DNA of 32,471 bases from a virus (Duplodnaviria; Caudoviricetes), in IMG/VR virus record IMGVR_UViG_3300033076_000914, positions 1 through 32,471 of that record. One strand, given 5' to 3'. Both the position numbers and the translations under genes were made by a program. Shown in pieces: positions 8,148 through 15,976 of this stretch. The notes under the pieces are model-generated. The model saw only the letters and a list, made by a program, of their open reading frames with translations, had not been told where the DNA came from and ran no database searches. Positions within the stretch are counted from its first letter, which is position 1. Each line of letters begins with the position of its first letter.

Positions 8148-8613
8148 CCGGATGATACTTCTTGCCGTCGAAGTACAAGGCTTCGCGGCACGGCCCCTTG
8201 CGCCAAGGCTCCCCAAGGCTCAGGTGAATCCAGCGGCTCGTCGGTGACGGGCACTCGTGGATCACTTGGCCGAATGGGAGCCAGCTTTCTTTGCGGATCC
8301 AGTCGAATACCTGCTCCAACGTCACGCCCTCGGAGAGCGGGGTGAAGTCGACCGCTTCGCCGATCATATGCTGGGAAGTCTTGGAGCCGCCGACCTTTTG
8401 GTTGACGGCCTTGCCGCGGAAAGCAGAATTGATCCGCAGCGCCCCCCAGCGGTCGCGCACAGGCTGCAGCAGTGTCGTCGCCAGCGCAGTCAACGCCGGC
8501 TTGAACGCCTCGGCCTCTTCGCGGTTCTTCGCTTGCAGATCGCTCTGCCCGGTGCGAGTGAGCTCGCCCCAGGCAAAGTTCTTACTGAGCTTAAAGTCGA
8601 GCGGGGTGCTCAT
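8140..8613 (-). CDS. Peptidase M15-family endolysin
   Basis: LSKNF, INSAFR, NQKVGGSKTSQHMIGEAVD (SxHxxGxAxD) and WIHLS. ATGA-coupled start. Confidence 0.9.
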   Translation of the reverse strand: MSTPLDFKLSKNFAWGELTRTGQSDLQAKNREEAEAFKPALTALATTLLQPVRDRWGALRINSAFRGKAVNQKVGGSKTSQHMIGEAVDFTPLSEGVTLEQVFDWIRKESWLPFGQVIHECPSPTSRWIHLSLGEPWRKGPCREALYFDGKKYHPVK

Positions 8614-8885
8614 TTCTTCGCCTTCTTCGCCTTCTGCTTGCGCTTCCACACTACGCCACCGGCGATCAGAGCGATCAGCGCCCCGAAGCCAGCGGTAAAT
8701 GGATTCTCCGCGGCCAGTGCCGAGAGGCCAGCATAGGTCTCGGCGGCGGGCTGGGCCTCCTCGTGCGCGGGCTCGGGCGGAGCGACGGGCATCTCCTCGA
8801 CGGGAGGAGCCGGCGGCATCGCCGGAGCGGCCTCGATGGGAGCGGGAGCGGGAGCGGCAGGTGCCGCGGGTGCAACGGGATCCAT
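8610..8885 (-). CDS. Pro/Ala-rich single-TM protein with basic tail (lysis cassette)
   Basis: GGAGG SD, a PAPA-rich N-terminus, TM FTAGFGALIALIAGGVVW and KRKQKAKKAKK. Confidence 0.75.
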   Translation of the reverse strand: MDPVAPAAPAAPAPAPIEAAPAMPPAPPVEEMPVAPPEPAHEEAQPAAETYAGLSALAAENPFTAGFGALIALIAGGVVWKRKQKAKKAKK

Positions 8886-8906
8886 GGTATAGCCTCCGCC
8901 GCTACC

Positions 8907-9515
8907 CTACCGAGAAGCCGTCTTGGTGGCCGCTTTCTTAGCTTTGACCGCCTTTTCGAGCTTTGCGATCCGCTCTTCCATCTCGTCAGAGACCCCGACG
9001 GAGAGAGAGCTCGACGCCTGCTCGGCCTTCGCGAGCCTTCCCTCGAGCGCCGAGATCCGAGCCTGAGTCGCCGCATCGGCGGCTTGGCACGGCGGAGGCT
9101 GCACGGTCGGCACGTTGGCTTGCGCCGAGGCTTGCAGTTCGAGTTGTTTCATGGCTCGCTCGTGCTTCTGCTCGCTCATCTTGCCCCAGTGCTTCCAGGC
9201 GGCGCCACCACCGAGTACAGCCACGGCGGCGAGAGCGATCGCCAGCATAGGATTCTCGGTGCCGAGCTGCTGAAGCTGCGCGGGGTCGAAGGCGGGTGCG
9301 ACCGGCTGCTCGATCAGCGGTTTTGGTTCGGCGGGGGAGGGTGCGGGGATGTCGGTGTCCATCGGCGGATCTCCTGAGTAGTAAGCACGAAAGGTCGTCC
9401 CGGGTGGAAAGTCGCAGTCTTCATAGGCGAGTGAGACGCCGGGATACAGGACGACAACGCCACCCGGCGGGAGCGCACACCACGGCCGAAATGGTGGGGG
9501 CTCATACTGGTTCAT
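8907..9515 (-). CDS. Single-TM coiled-coil protein (lysis cassette), alternative start at 9362
   Basis: TM MLAIALAAVAVLGGGAAW followed by coiled-coil segments. ATGA-coupled start at 9515 and an internal AGGAG-preceded ATG at 9362. Confidence 0.75.
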   Translation of the reverse strand: MNQYEPPPFRPWCALPPGGVVVLYPGVSLAYEDCDFPPGTTFRAYYSGDPPMDTDIPAPSPAEPKPLIEQPVAPAFDPAQLQQLGTENPMLAIALAAVAVLGGGAAWKHWGKMSEQKHERAMKQLELQASAQANVPTVQPPPCQAADAATQARISALEGRLAKAEQASSSLSVGVSDEMEERIAKLEKAVKAKKAATKTASR

Positions 9516-9805
9516 TTGAGGAGACCGGCGCCCAAGGCGCTGACGGCGGTGCCGAGAACGCCGATGATCCCGAGTACGATCTTTTGCGCGCGTGCATCGC
9601 GCTGTCGCATATCGTCGCGCAACGCGCCAAACATTGCGAGCACTTCGAGGTGTCGCTCTTGGCCCCTGGTCTCGTGAGCGGAGACTTGCGCGGCCAGCTT
9701 ACTTGTCGCGATCCGCTCCTCAGTCAGCGTGTCGCGGAGCTCGGCCACGTCGCGCTCGACAATAGCTAGGCGGTGATCAAGCTGGGTCAGATCGACTGAG
9801 GACAC
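9512..9805 (-). CDS. Coiled-coil protein with C-terminal TM (holin/XhlA-like architecture)
   Basis: RLAIVERDVAELRD heptads and C-terminal IVLGIIGVLGTAVSALGAGLL. AGGAG SD. Confidence 0.7.
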   Translation of the reverse strand: MSSVDLTQLDHRLAIVERDVAELRDTLTEERIATSKLAAQVSAHETRGQERHLEVLAMFGALRDDMRQRDARAQKIVLGIIGVLGTAVSALGAGLLK

Positions 9806-9835
9806 GGGGCAACTCCTGCCCCACCCTACCGACTG

Positions 9836-10138
9836 TCAGCGCTCCAAACGGGCCGCAGCAACGTCAACAAGATAACAAAAAGCTGCGCCGCCAAAGGCAT
9901 AAAGTGCTGCCTCATCGAGCATCATCCACCATCCGGCATTTGCTGAGTACTGTCCAGGCAGGCGCCCGAACACCCATACAATCCATCCTGCATGAAAGCC
10001 GAGGCAGTACGGGCAAGTGAGCAGCGCCGCGAAAAATGGCCAGCGTTTAAGGGGCTCGGTCACAAACGCCGCCTTTTTCTGCATAAGACCAAACACGATC
10101 CCGTAAGCGGCAAGGAAGCACACGGCCGCGGGGATCAC
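9836..10138 (-). CDS. DUF1360-like multi-TM membrane protein (holin candidate)
   Basis: About 3 hydrophobic segments and an LLTCPYCLGFHAGW motif. Confidence 0.65.
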   Translation of the reverse strand: MIPAAVCFLAAYGIVFGLMQKKAAFVTEPLKRWPFFAALLTCPYCLGFHAGWIVWVFGRLPGQYSANAGWWMMLDEAALYAFGGAAFCYLVDVAAARLER

Positions 10139-10434
10139 GCCCGACTCCGACCGCGCACGCGGATCTCAGTCTGCTCGACCAGCCGGCAACACGAGGTCGA
10201 CGCCGCCTGGGCGAAGATCTGAATGTCGTCTGGCACGCCGTCTTGGTCGCAGTCGAAGCCGAGATCAAGCTGGTATTGATCGTTGAGCGATCGCACGATC
10301 AGCTTTTGCTTCGCGAGCAGTTCGGCGTCGGGAAACACGCCCATCGAGCGCATGATCTGAGTGCGTACCAGCTCCTCGATCGCCTCCCCAAGGCCCATGT
10401 AGACGCGGTGTTCGGTCGGTTTCGGTGTCGGCAT
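10135..10434 (-). CDS. Hypothetical protein with DxDxDG motif
   Basis: GGAGG SD, 99 aa, DCDQDGVPDD and SCC. Coupled to the next gene. Confidence 0.75.
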   Translation of the reverse strand: MPTPKPTEHRVYMGLGEAIEELVRTQIMRSMGVFPDAELLAKQKLIVRSLNDQYQLDLGFDCDQDGVPDDIQIFAQAASTSCCRLVEQTEIRVRGRSRA

Positions 10435-10460
10435 TTGTCCTCCGTTGACAAGGTAAGTGT

Positions 10461-10497
10461 AAAAAAAAGGGCCGCAACCCGTGAAGGTGCGGCCCTT
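10461..10497 (-). terminator. Rho-independent terminator after the fibre gene
   Basis: AAGGGCCGCA/TGCGGCCCTT stem running into 8 U on the minus strand. Confidence 0.88.
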
Positions 10498-10514
10498 AGG
10501 TGATCAGTCTGCGA

Positions 10515-13500
10515 CTACGGGATCGTACCGATAAATTGAGGATCGATAACCATTCGATATGGAGATCCACCTGCAGCACGAGTCAAATATCCAATCCGAT
10601 AGATTGTACTACCCGAAGCCGTCGGAGGAGTCAGCGATCCATAGCCCGGCGTTGCGGATACATAGATCGGTTTTCCGGCATCCGTTGCAGCTGGAGTTGA
10701 CGTAAGTAGAACACGAGTCATCGTGCCAGGCACGGAGATACATTTTCCACTTCCGGCTGCAGTTGAAGACTGACTATCGACACCAGCGAATGTACGTTCG
10801 CATTGATTAGCCGCATCTGCAGCAGCCAATACAAGTCGAGGAGCCGCTTGGTCGGCTGGATTGTATTGATAGGACAATACCGAATATGCTGGGATCGTCG
10901 ATGCCGTAGCATTGGTATAGCTATATCCAATACCCTGGCTTAGAGCAGTGAAGCTGTTTTGAGTAAAGCCAGCGTTTGAAAGATAGGTAATACCACCACT
11001 ATTGTTATTTAGGTTCAATGCTGCACTGCTGGCAGTAGAACCGATGGTGATCGCACGGTTTCCTTGCGTACCAACATTGATCGCTTGGTTGACGTTATCG
11101 GCACCGATGCTGATCGCCGCACCGCTGGAGTCGATCGTCACCGCCCCTGCCGCATTCACATCGAAGATCCCGCCAGCCGTGAACGTCATGGCCCCGGTGC
11201 CTGCCTGCATCGTCGTCGCGGAGGTCGAGGACGTAGAGCCTACAGTTACCGTTTTCGCGCCTGCCCCAGAGCCAAAATACAGGAATTGACCAGCAGAACC
11301 CGTACCGATGTTGACAAATCCTGCGGAGGCACCAGTTGCGATATTTATCGGTGTGATGCCGGTCGTTCCAATATTTACAGATCCAAGGTTTCCGCTTGTA
11401 ATGTTTACGCTGTTGGTATTCGATCCATGGCCGATCGTAATGGTACGGTTACCAGAGCTACCGATATTAATCGCCTGGTTGATCGCATCATCGCCGATGT
11501 TGATCGCACCGGCCGAAGCGCGAAGAGTCATCGCGCCGACGGACGAGACACTCATGGTCGCGCCGGCACCCGTCGCTTCGAGCGCGAGGTTTCCGACCGT
11601 CGACACATTCGACGCGCCCACGCCGTCGATGCTGAACGCTCCAGTACTGTCCATCGTGAACAGACCAACAACGTCCACATCGAGCGCTGCCCCGGCATTG
11701 ACGTCCATCAGGCCAGCGGAAGTCAGATCGAGCTCACCCGATCCAACGGTCTGCAGTTCGAGCATTGCGCCAGCAGTCTTGAACCAGGAGTATGCTGCCG
11801 AGTCGATCTGAGCCGCGCCCGAAGCATTCACATCGAGCAGTAAGGTCGAGACCTGCACTTCAGCAGCCGACTTAAGATCGGTGATCCCGGCACCGGTGCT
11901 TTCGATGGTGAGATTGCCAGCGACCGTAAAGTCGGAGGCAGCCGCCGCGCCGAGCGAGATCGCGCCCGTCGCATCGAACTCCATGGAGGCCGCGTCGACG
12001 TTCAGGACGTCGGCCGCGGTAACGACAATGTCTGCGCCGAAGCCAGAAGCCGAAAGCGTGAGATCGCCGAAAGTGGTCGTGAAGTTCGAGGCCGCCATGG
12101 CATCGAGACTGATCGCGCCAGTCGCGTCGATGTAGGCCGCGCCAGTAACGTCGATGTCGAGGTCGGCGTTTGCATTGATGTCCATCAGACCGGCTGCCGT
12201 GAGGTCAAGCTCACCGCTTGTGACGGTCTGAAGGCTCAGGGAGTGCCCGGTAGCCTTGAAATATGCATCGTCACCAGCATCTAGCTCAATCTTGCCCGAA
12301 GCATTGACGTCAAGATAAGGCGCCGCGATCTCGACTTCCACCGCCGACTTGACGTAGGTGATACCCGCCGCCGTCGACTCAATGGTAAGGTCGGCAGCCG
12401 CCGTGAAGTCCGAGGCCGCACCGGCATCGAGGCTGATCGCACCGACCGCGTCGACCTCGAACGAGGCCACTTCCGTAGCCGCGCCGAACGACACTGCCTG
12501 GTTCCCGTCCACCGCGAACGCGCCGACGAGGTCGACGTCGACGGAGTGATCGACGTTGAGCACCGCGCCCGAAACTTGGAGCCCGTTAGAGAACGAACCG
12601 TGCGCCGCGGACAAATCGCCGCTCAGGTTCGCATCGACCGCCGCGAGATCCCCGGAGAGAGTCGCATCGACCGCCGCGAGGTTTCCCGAGAACGTACCAT
12701 CGACCGCGCCGACGTTGCCGGAGAAGGTGCCGCCGACGGCTCCGAGATTGCCAGAGAGGGTAGCATCCACCGCCGCCAGATCACCGGAGAACGTGCCATC
12801 TACGGCGCCGATGTTGCCAGAGAAGGTACCGCCAACGGCCGAGAGATTGCCGCTGAGGGTCGCATCATTCGCGCCAAGATCGCCGCTGAGGGTCGCGTCG
12901 ACGGCGGCGAGATCGCCCGAGAAAGTACCATCGACGGCGGCAATGTTGCCAGAGAACGTACCGCCGACCGCGCCAAGGTTTCCGCTCAGGGTCGCATCGA
13001 CGGCCGCAAGGTCACCCGAGAAGGTGCCGTCAACCGCGCCGATGTCGCCCGAGAAAGTGCCACCGACCGCGCCGATGTTGCCCGTGAACGTACCGTCGAC
13101 ACCGGACACATCGCCCGAGAAGATACCATCGACGGCGCTGACGTTGCCGCTCGCGGTGAGCGAACCAGCGTCAATTGCGCCCGAAATGTCAGCCGAACCG
13201 GCCGCGATCTGGCCGGTGATCGACGCCGAGGCACCGGACACCGCGCCCGAGAACACGCCGTCGACGCCGCTCACATCGCCCGACGCCGTGATGTTCACGC
13301 CGTCGATGTCGCCGGAAGCGATCAGGCTGTTCGTTTCAATACCGCCCGCCGCGGAGACGACGAACGCCTGAGACCCAGCGATCTCAAAGTCGCCGTTAAC
13401 ATCGGTCGTGACGACGTTTCCGTTCTCGTAAGCATCTTGCAGGGTCGTGGAGCCGGCGCCAACGCCAGTGTATGCACCGTCAGCTTGCCACGCGGACTTG

Positions 13501-14414
13501 GTCGAAGCGGCGATATAGCCGGTGACGAGCGTGCCGATCGGAGCGGCCACGCCCTCGGCGTCCTTGAAGTTCGTACCATCGGCGACGGAGACCACCGCAA
13601 GCGCGGTCTGGAACGCCACGCCAGGAGTCGCGGGAGCGCCAACCGTGACCGCGGTCTGCGCCCAAGGGAGATTGACCATCGCGGCCGTCTCGATCGTGAC
13701 AGTCTGCGGGAAGCTCGCCTGATTCACGCTGGCGACGACGAAGATACCTTCGTCCTCGGCGTGTTCCGACGGGAGCTCGGAGATCGCGATCACCATGCCC
13801 GCGACGAGCAGGCTCGCGTCGTTTGCGTCGTTCTGGGCGTAAGTGAAGGTCGAGGTGCTCGGGAAGTTCGTAACTTTACCGGCCTTGAACGCCGCGGTGC
13901 GGTTCATCTGCACGGTAAAGCCGCCCGGCTGAGGAGCGGAGGTCACGTTGCCAAAGCCGATGTCAAAGTAGGAGTCATGGATCAACACGTCGATCTGCGA
14001 TCGGGCCACGATCGAGCCCGTGACGTCCAAATCCCCATCGATCGAGACGTCGCCCTGGAAGTGCGCGGTGCCATCCACCTGCAGGTTCCCGTCCATCTGC
14101 ATATGGCCATCGCTGTCGATGTACGCCTTGACCTGCCCCTGAGAGTCCAACACCTTGAACTGAGCGGCGCCGGCGTCGTCGCCGAGCTTGGCTTCGATGT
14201 TGTCATTGCCAACCAGCTTCAGATCCGATCCCGCCGCCGCCTGCAACGGACCCGAGAGCTTCAGCGGAGCGGTCGCGTTCGTGAGCTCCATCGGAGCGCC
14301 GAGCTTGACCACATCGGTCGAAGCCTTGATCGTGCGGGGGACGCCGATTTGACCGCCAGCGGCGGAGTCATCGGTGAGGGGGATGATCAACAGGTTGTTG
14401 TTTTGGTCAGCCAC
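10515..14414 (-). CDS. Long virion fibre protein, 1299 aa, beta-repeat rich
   Basis: GTG start with AGGAG SD. G/A/S/D/T-rich with several repeat classes, at the end of the structural module. Confidence 0.85.
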   Translation of the reverse strand: MADQNNNLLIIPLTDDSAAGGQIGVPRTIKASTDVVKLGAPMELTNATAPLKLSGPLQAAAGSDLKLVGNDNIEAKLGDDAGAAQFKVLDSQGQVKAYIDSDGHMQMDGNLQVDGTAHFQGDVSIDGDLDVTGSIVARSQIDVLIHDSYFDIGFGNVTSAPQPGGFTVQMNRTAAFKAGKVTNFPSTSTFTYAQNDANDASLLVAGMVIAISELPSEHAEDEGIFVVASVNQASFPQTVTIETAAMVNLPWAQTAVTVGAPATPGVAFQTALAVVSVADGTNFKDAEGVAAPIGTLVTGYIAASTKSAWQADGAYTGVGAGSTTLQDAYENGNVVTTDVNGDFEIAGSQAFVVSAAGGIETNSLIASGDIDGVNITASGDVSGVDGVFSGAVSGASASITGQIAAGSADISGAIDAGSLTASGNVSAVDGIFSGDVSGVDGTFTGNIGAVGGTFSGDIGAVDGTFSGDLAAVDATLSGNLGAVGGTFSGNIAAVDGTFSGDLAAVDATLSGDLGANDATLSGNLSAVGGTFSGNIGAVDGTFSGDLAAVDATLSGNLGAVGGTFSGNVGAVDGTFSGNLAAVDATLSGDLAAVDANLSGDLSAAHGSFSNGLQVSGAVLNVDHSVDVDLVGAFAVDGNQAVSFGAATEVASFEVDAVGAISLDAGAASDFTAAADLTIESTAAGITYVKSAVEVEIAAPYLDVNASGKIELDAGDDAYFKATGHSLSLQTVTSGELDLTAAGLMDINANADLDIDVTGAAYIDATGAISLDAMAASNFTTTFGDLTLSASGFGADIVVTAADVLNVDAASMEFDATGAISLGAAAASDFTVAGNLTIESTGAGITDLKSAAEVQVSTLLLDVNASGAAQIDSAAYSWFKTAGAMLELQTVGSGELDLTSAGLMDVNAGAALDVDVVGLFTMDSTGAFSIDGVGASNVSTVGNLALEATGAGATMSVSSVGAMTLRASAGAINIGDDAINQAINIGSSGNRTITIGHGSNTNSVNITSGNLGSVNIGTTGITPINIATGASAGFVNIGTGSAGQFLYFGSGAGAKTVTVGSTSSTSATTMQAGTGAMTFTAGGIFDVNAAGAVTIDSSGAAISIGADNVNQAINVGTQGNRAITIGSTASSAALNLNNNSGGITYLSNAGFTQNSFTALSQGIGYSYTNATASTIPAYSVLSYQYNPADQAAPRLVLAAADAANQCERTFAGVDSQSSTAAGSGKCISVPGTMTRVLLTSTPAATDAGKPIYVSATPGYGSLTPPTASGSTIYRIGYLTRAAGGSPYRMVIDPQFIGTIP
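12591..13316 (-). repeat. 22 x 33-bp (11-aa) coding tandem repeat, consensus SG(D/N)(L/I)xAV(D/G)(GTF/ATL)
   Basis: Counted directly in the translation from SGDIDGVNITA to SGDLSAAHGSF. Confidence 0.92.
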
Positions 14415-14460
14415 GGGCGGGTCTCCTGGTCAGGGGTATGCTTCCCCTATACCGACGACC

Positions 14461-14889
14461 TCAAGGCACAAGGACGGGTAGCATAAAGTTCAGCGCGACT
14501 TCGGGGAGCGTCGTCGCCCCATTCGCGCCGGTAAGAATCCCGATATGCGTGATCGCGTGCCCCGCATTGGGCGCCGTGAGGGTGCCTTGCCCTGGTGAGG
14601 CGGAAAGGTATACCGGCTTTCCATTATCGGCGGCCAAAGGTGCAGTAGAGAATAGTACTTTCTCGATCCCTTGCAGCCGGATCTTAGCCGTAGATCCCGT
14701 CGACGCGCCAACGATCACCACGCCCCGGGCATGGTAGGTATAGCCCGCGCCGGCCGTTGCATCGGCGAGTTCAGCTTCACCCGAGCTGTCGAAGTACACC
14801 AGCTCGCCGACACTGAGCGTCGATGCAGCGATCAGGTATTGATCCGCGCTTGCGCCAGTGGTGACGAGACCAGAGACTAGGCGCGCCAT
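14461..14889 (-). CDS. DUF2190/capsid-cement-like structural protein
   Basis: GELVYF, ADAT, ARGVV and GKPVYLSASPGQGTLTAP pattern. Paralogous to the fibre C-terminus. Confidence 0.65.
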   Translation of the reverse strand: MARLVSGLVTTGASADQYLIAASTLSVGELVYFDSSGEAELADATAGAGYTYHARGVVIVGASTGSTAKIRLQGIEKVLFSTAPLAADNGKPVYLSASPGQGTLTAPNAGHAITHIGILTGANGATTLPEVALNFMLPVLVP

Positions 14890-15179
14890 TACGGACGATC
14901 CAAGGCACAGACCGTTACTTTCGTTCCGGCGACTGCCGAAGCTAAGTACACCGGATGGTCACCACGCGCTTGATCCTCGATCCACTGTCCGGCTGTCACT
15001 ACAAAATTGTCACCAATCGGAGCGTTATCTTCTCCGTCATAGGCAACCTTCCCATCATTGCTCAGAAACTGAATATGCAAAAAGCGCGTCCACGCTGGAG
15101 GATTGACGCGAGTTGCCACGTCCGAGGCACCGAGGGTGATCGTTCGGATCTCGAAGAATCCACCGAGGTTTACCGCCAT
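14889..15179 (-). CDS. Small beta-rich structural protein, 96 aa
   Basis: ATG at 15179 with GGAGG SD. TAATG overlap with the next gene. Confidence 0.75.
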   Translation of the reverse strand: MAVNLGGFFEIRTITLGASDVATRVNPPAWTRFLHIQFLSNDGKVAYDGEDNAPIGDNFVVTAGQWIEDQARGDHPVYLASAVAGTKVTVCALDRP

Positions 15180-15187
15180 GCTGCCTC

Positions 15188-15976
15188 CTACCTTGCGATC
15201 CGGCCGCCCCACGCCCAATAATCGATCTGCGCCGTCTTTGCTGTTGCACTGGTCGTCAAAATACCGAGAGCCACTGGACCGAGCCCCGCGGTGATCGTGA
15301 TCCCGGTGAGCGGGTCGCCGATGTCGGTGCGATCCCAAACCTCATTCTCGCTTGCCAGCTGGTTCAACATGAAGAACTGAAACGCCGCATCAGCCGTCGT
15401 TCCGAGCACCTCACAGCCGAAGGTGCGCCAGGTCGTGCCCTCGGCCGTGACGCCGAGATCGACGGTTACCTCGGTGCCAGCACCTGACTTGAGCACGCCG
15501 AAGAGGTTGCCGCCGTTGGCTCGAACGCCGACAAACTGCGTCGCATCGGCCGTCTGGACACGCCCATCTGGCACCGACGAGAAGCCCGACCAGAGCTCAT
15601 AGTTTACAGTTCCGCTCGATAAACGAAGCTTGCACGCCCATATGCTACCCGGCGGAGGGTAGCGATACAGCATCGATACGCTACCCTGCGTCAAGGTACA
15701 GCCTCGCCCCGCGCTGGCTTGCGTCGTGACTTGTAGTATCCCAATTTCCTCCCAGCTTGTCGGTGTGATCGCAGTCATCGTCGACGCGCCGACGATCGCA
15801 TTCTGATCCCAGTCAAGTTCGCCGTACAGACTCTTAGCCTTCGCCCCATGATCTGGTGTAAAGTCGTCGAACATGCAGGGCCCCGCGGCCGGCGGGAGAC
15901 CGAAGGCGGGCTGCGGATACTGCCCGGCCAGTGCGCCGAGCGCGAATCCTGCCGGCTGTCGACTGAATCGACTCAT
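15188..15976 (-). CDS. Putative minor tail or structural protein (lectin-like beta sandwich)
   Basis: 262 aa, ATGA-coupled, with FDDF...QIDYW pattern typical of such virion domains. Confidence 0.65.
   Translation of the reverse strand: MSRFSRQPAGFALGALAGQYPQPAFGLPPAAGPCMFDDFTPDHGAKAKSLYGELDWDQNAIVGASTMTAITPTSWEEIGILQVTTQASAGRGCTLTQGSVSMLYRYPPPGSIWACKLRLSSGTVNYELWSGFSSVPDGRVQTADATQFVGVRANGGNLFGVLKSGAGTEVTVDLGVTAEGTTWRTFGCEVLGTTADAAFQFFMLNQLASENEVWDRTDIGDPLTGITITAGLGPVALGILTTSATAKTAQIDYWAWGGRIAR

Noticed and set aside
8610-8700. Sortase or exosortase-type C-terminal sorting signal
   Set aside because: A TM plus basic tail is present, but there is no N-terminal signal peptide or LPXTG/PEP motif.
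8675-9076. Embedded o-spanin in an alternative frame
   Set aside because: The ORF is Arg/Ser/Pro-rich with no signal peptide or lipobox.
12591-13316. 33-bp periodicity as a possible CRISPR array
   Set aside because: The units are contiguous, degenerate at synonymous positions and in frame, with no unique spacers or cas genes.
12556-13371. Plus-strand ORF with STAPMSPEKVPP repeats resembling a mucin-like protein
   Set aside because: It is the reverse-complement reading of the fibre's 33-bp repeat and has no expression signals.
10515-14889. Diversity-generating retroelement or invertible fibre cassette suggested by the paralogous C-terminal domains
   Set aside because: No reverse transcriptase or invertase is present, and the similarity is at protein level only, without an adenine-specific near-identical DNA repeat.
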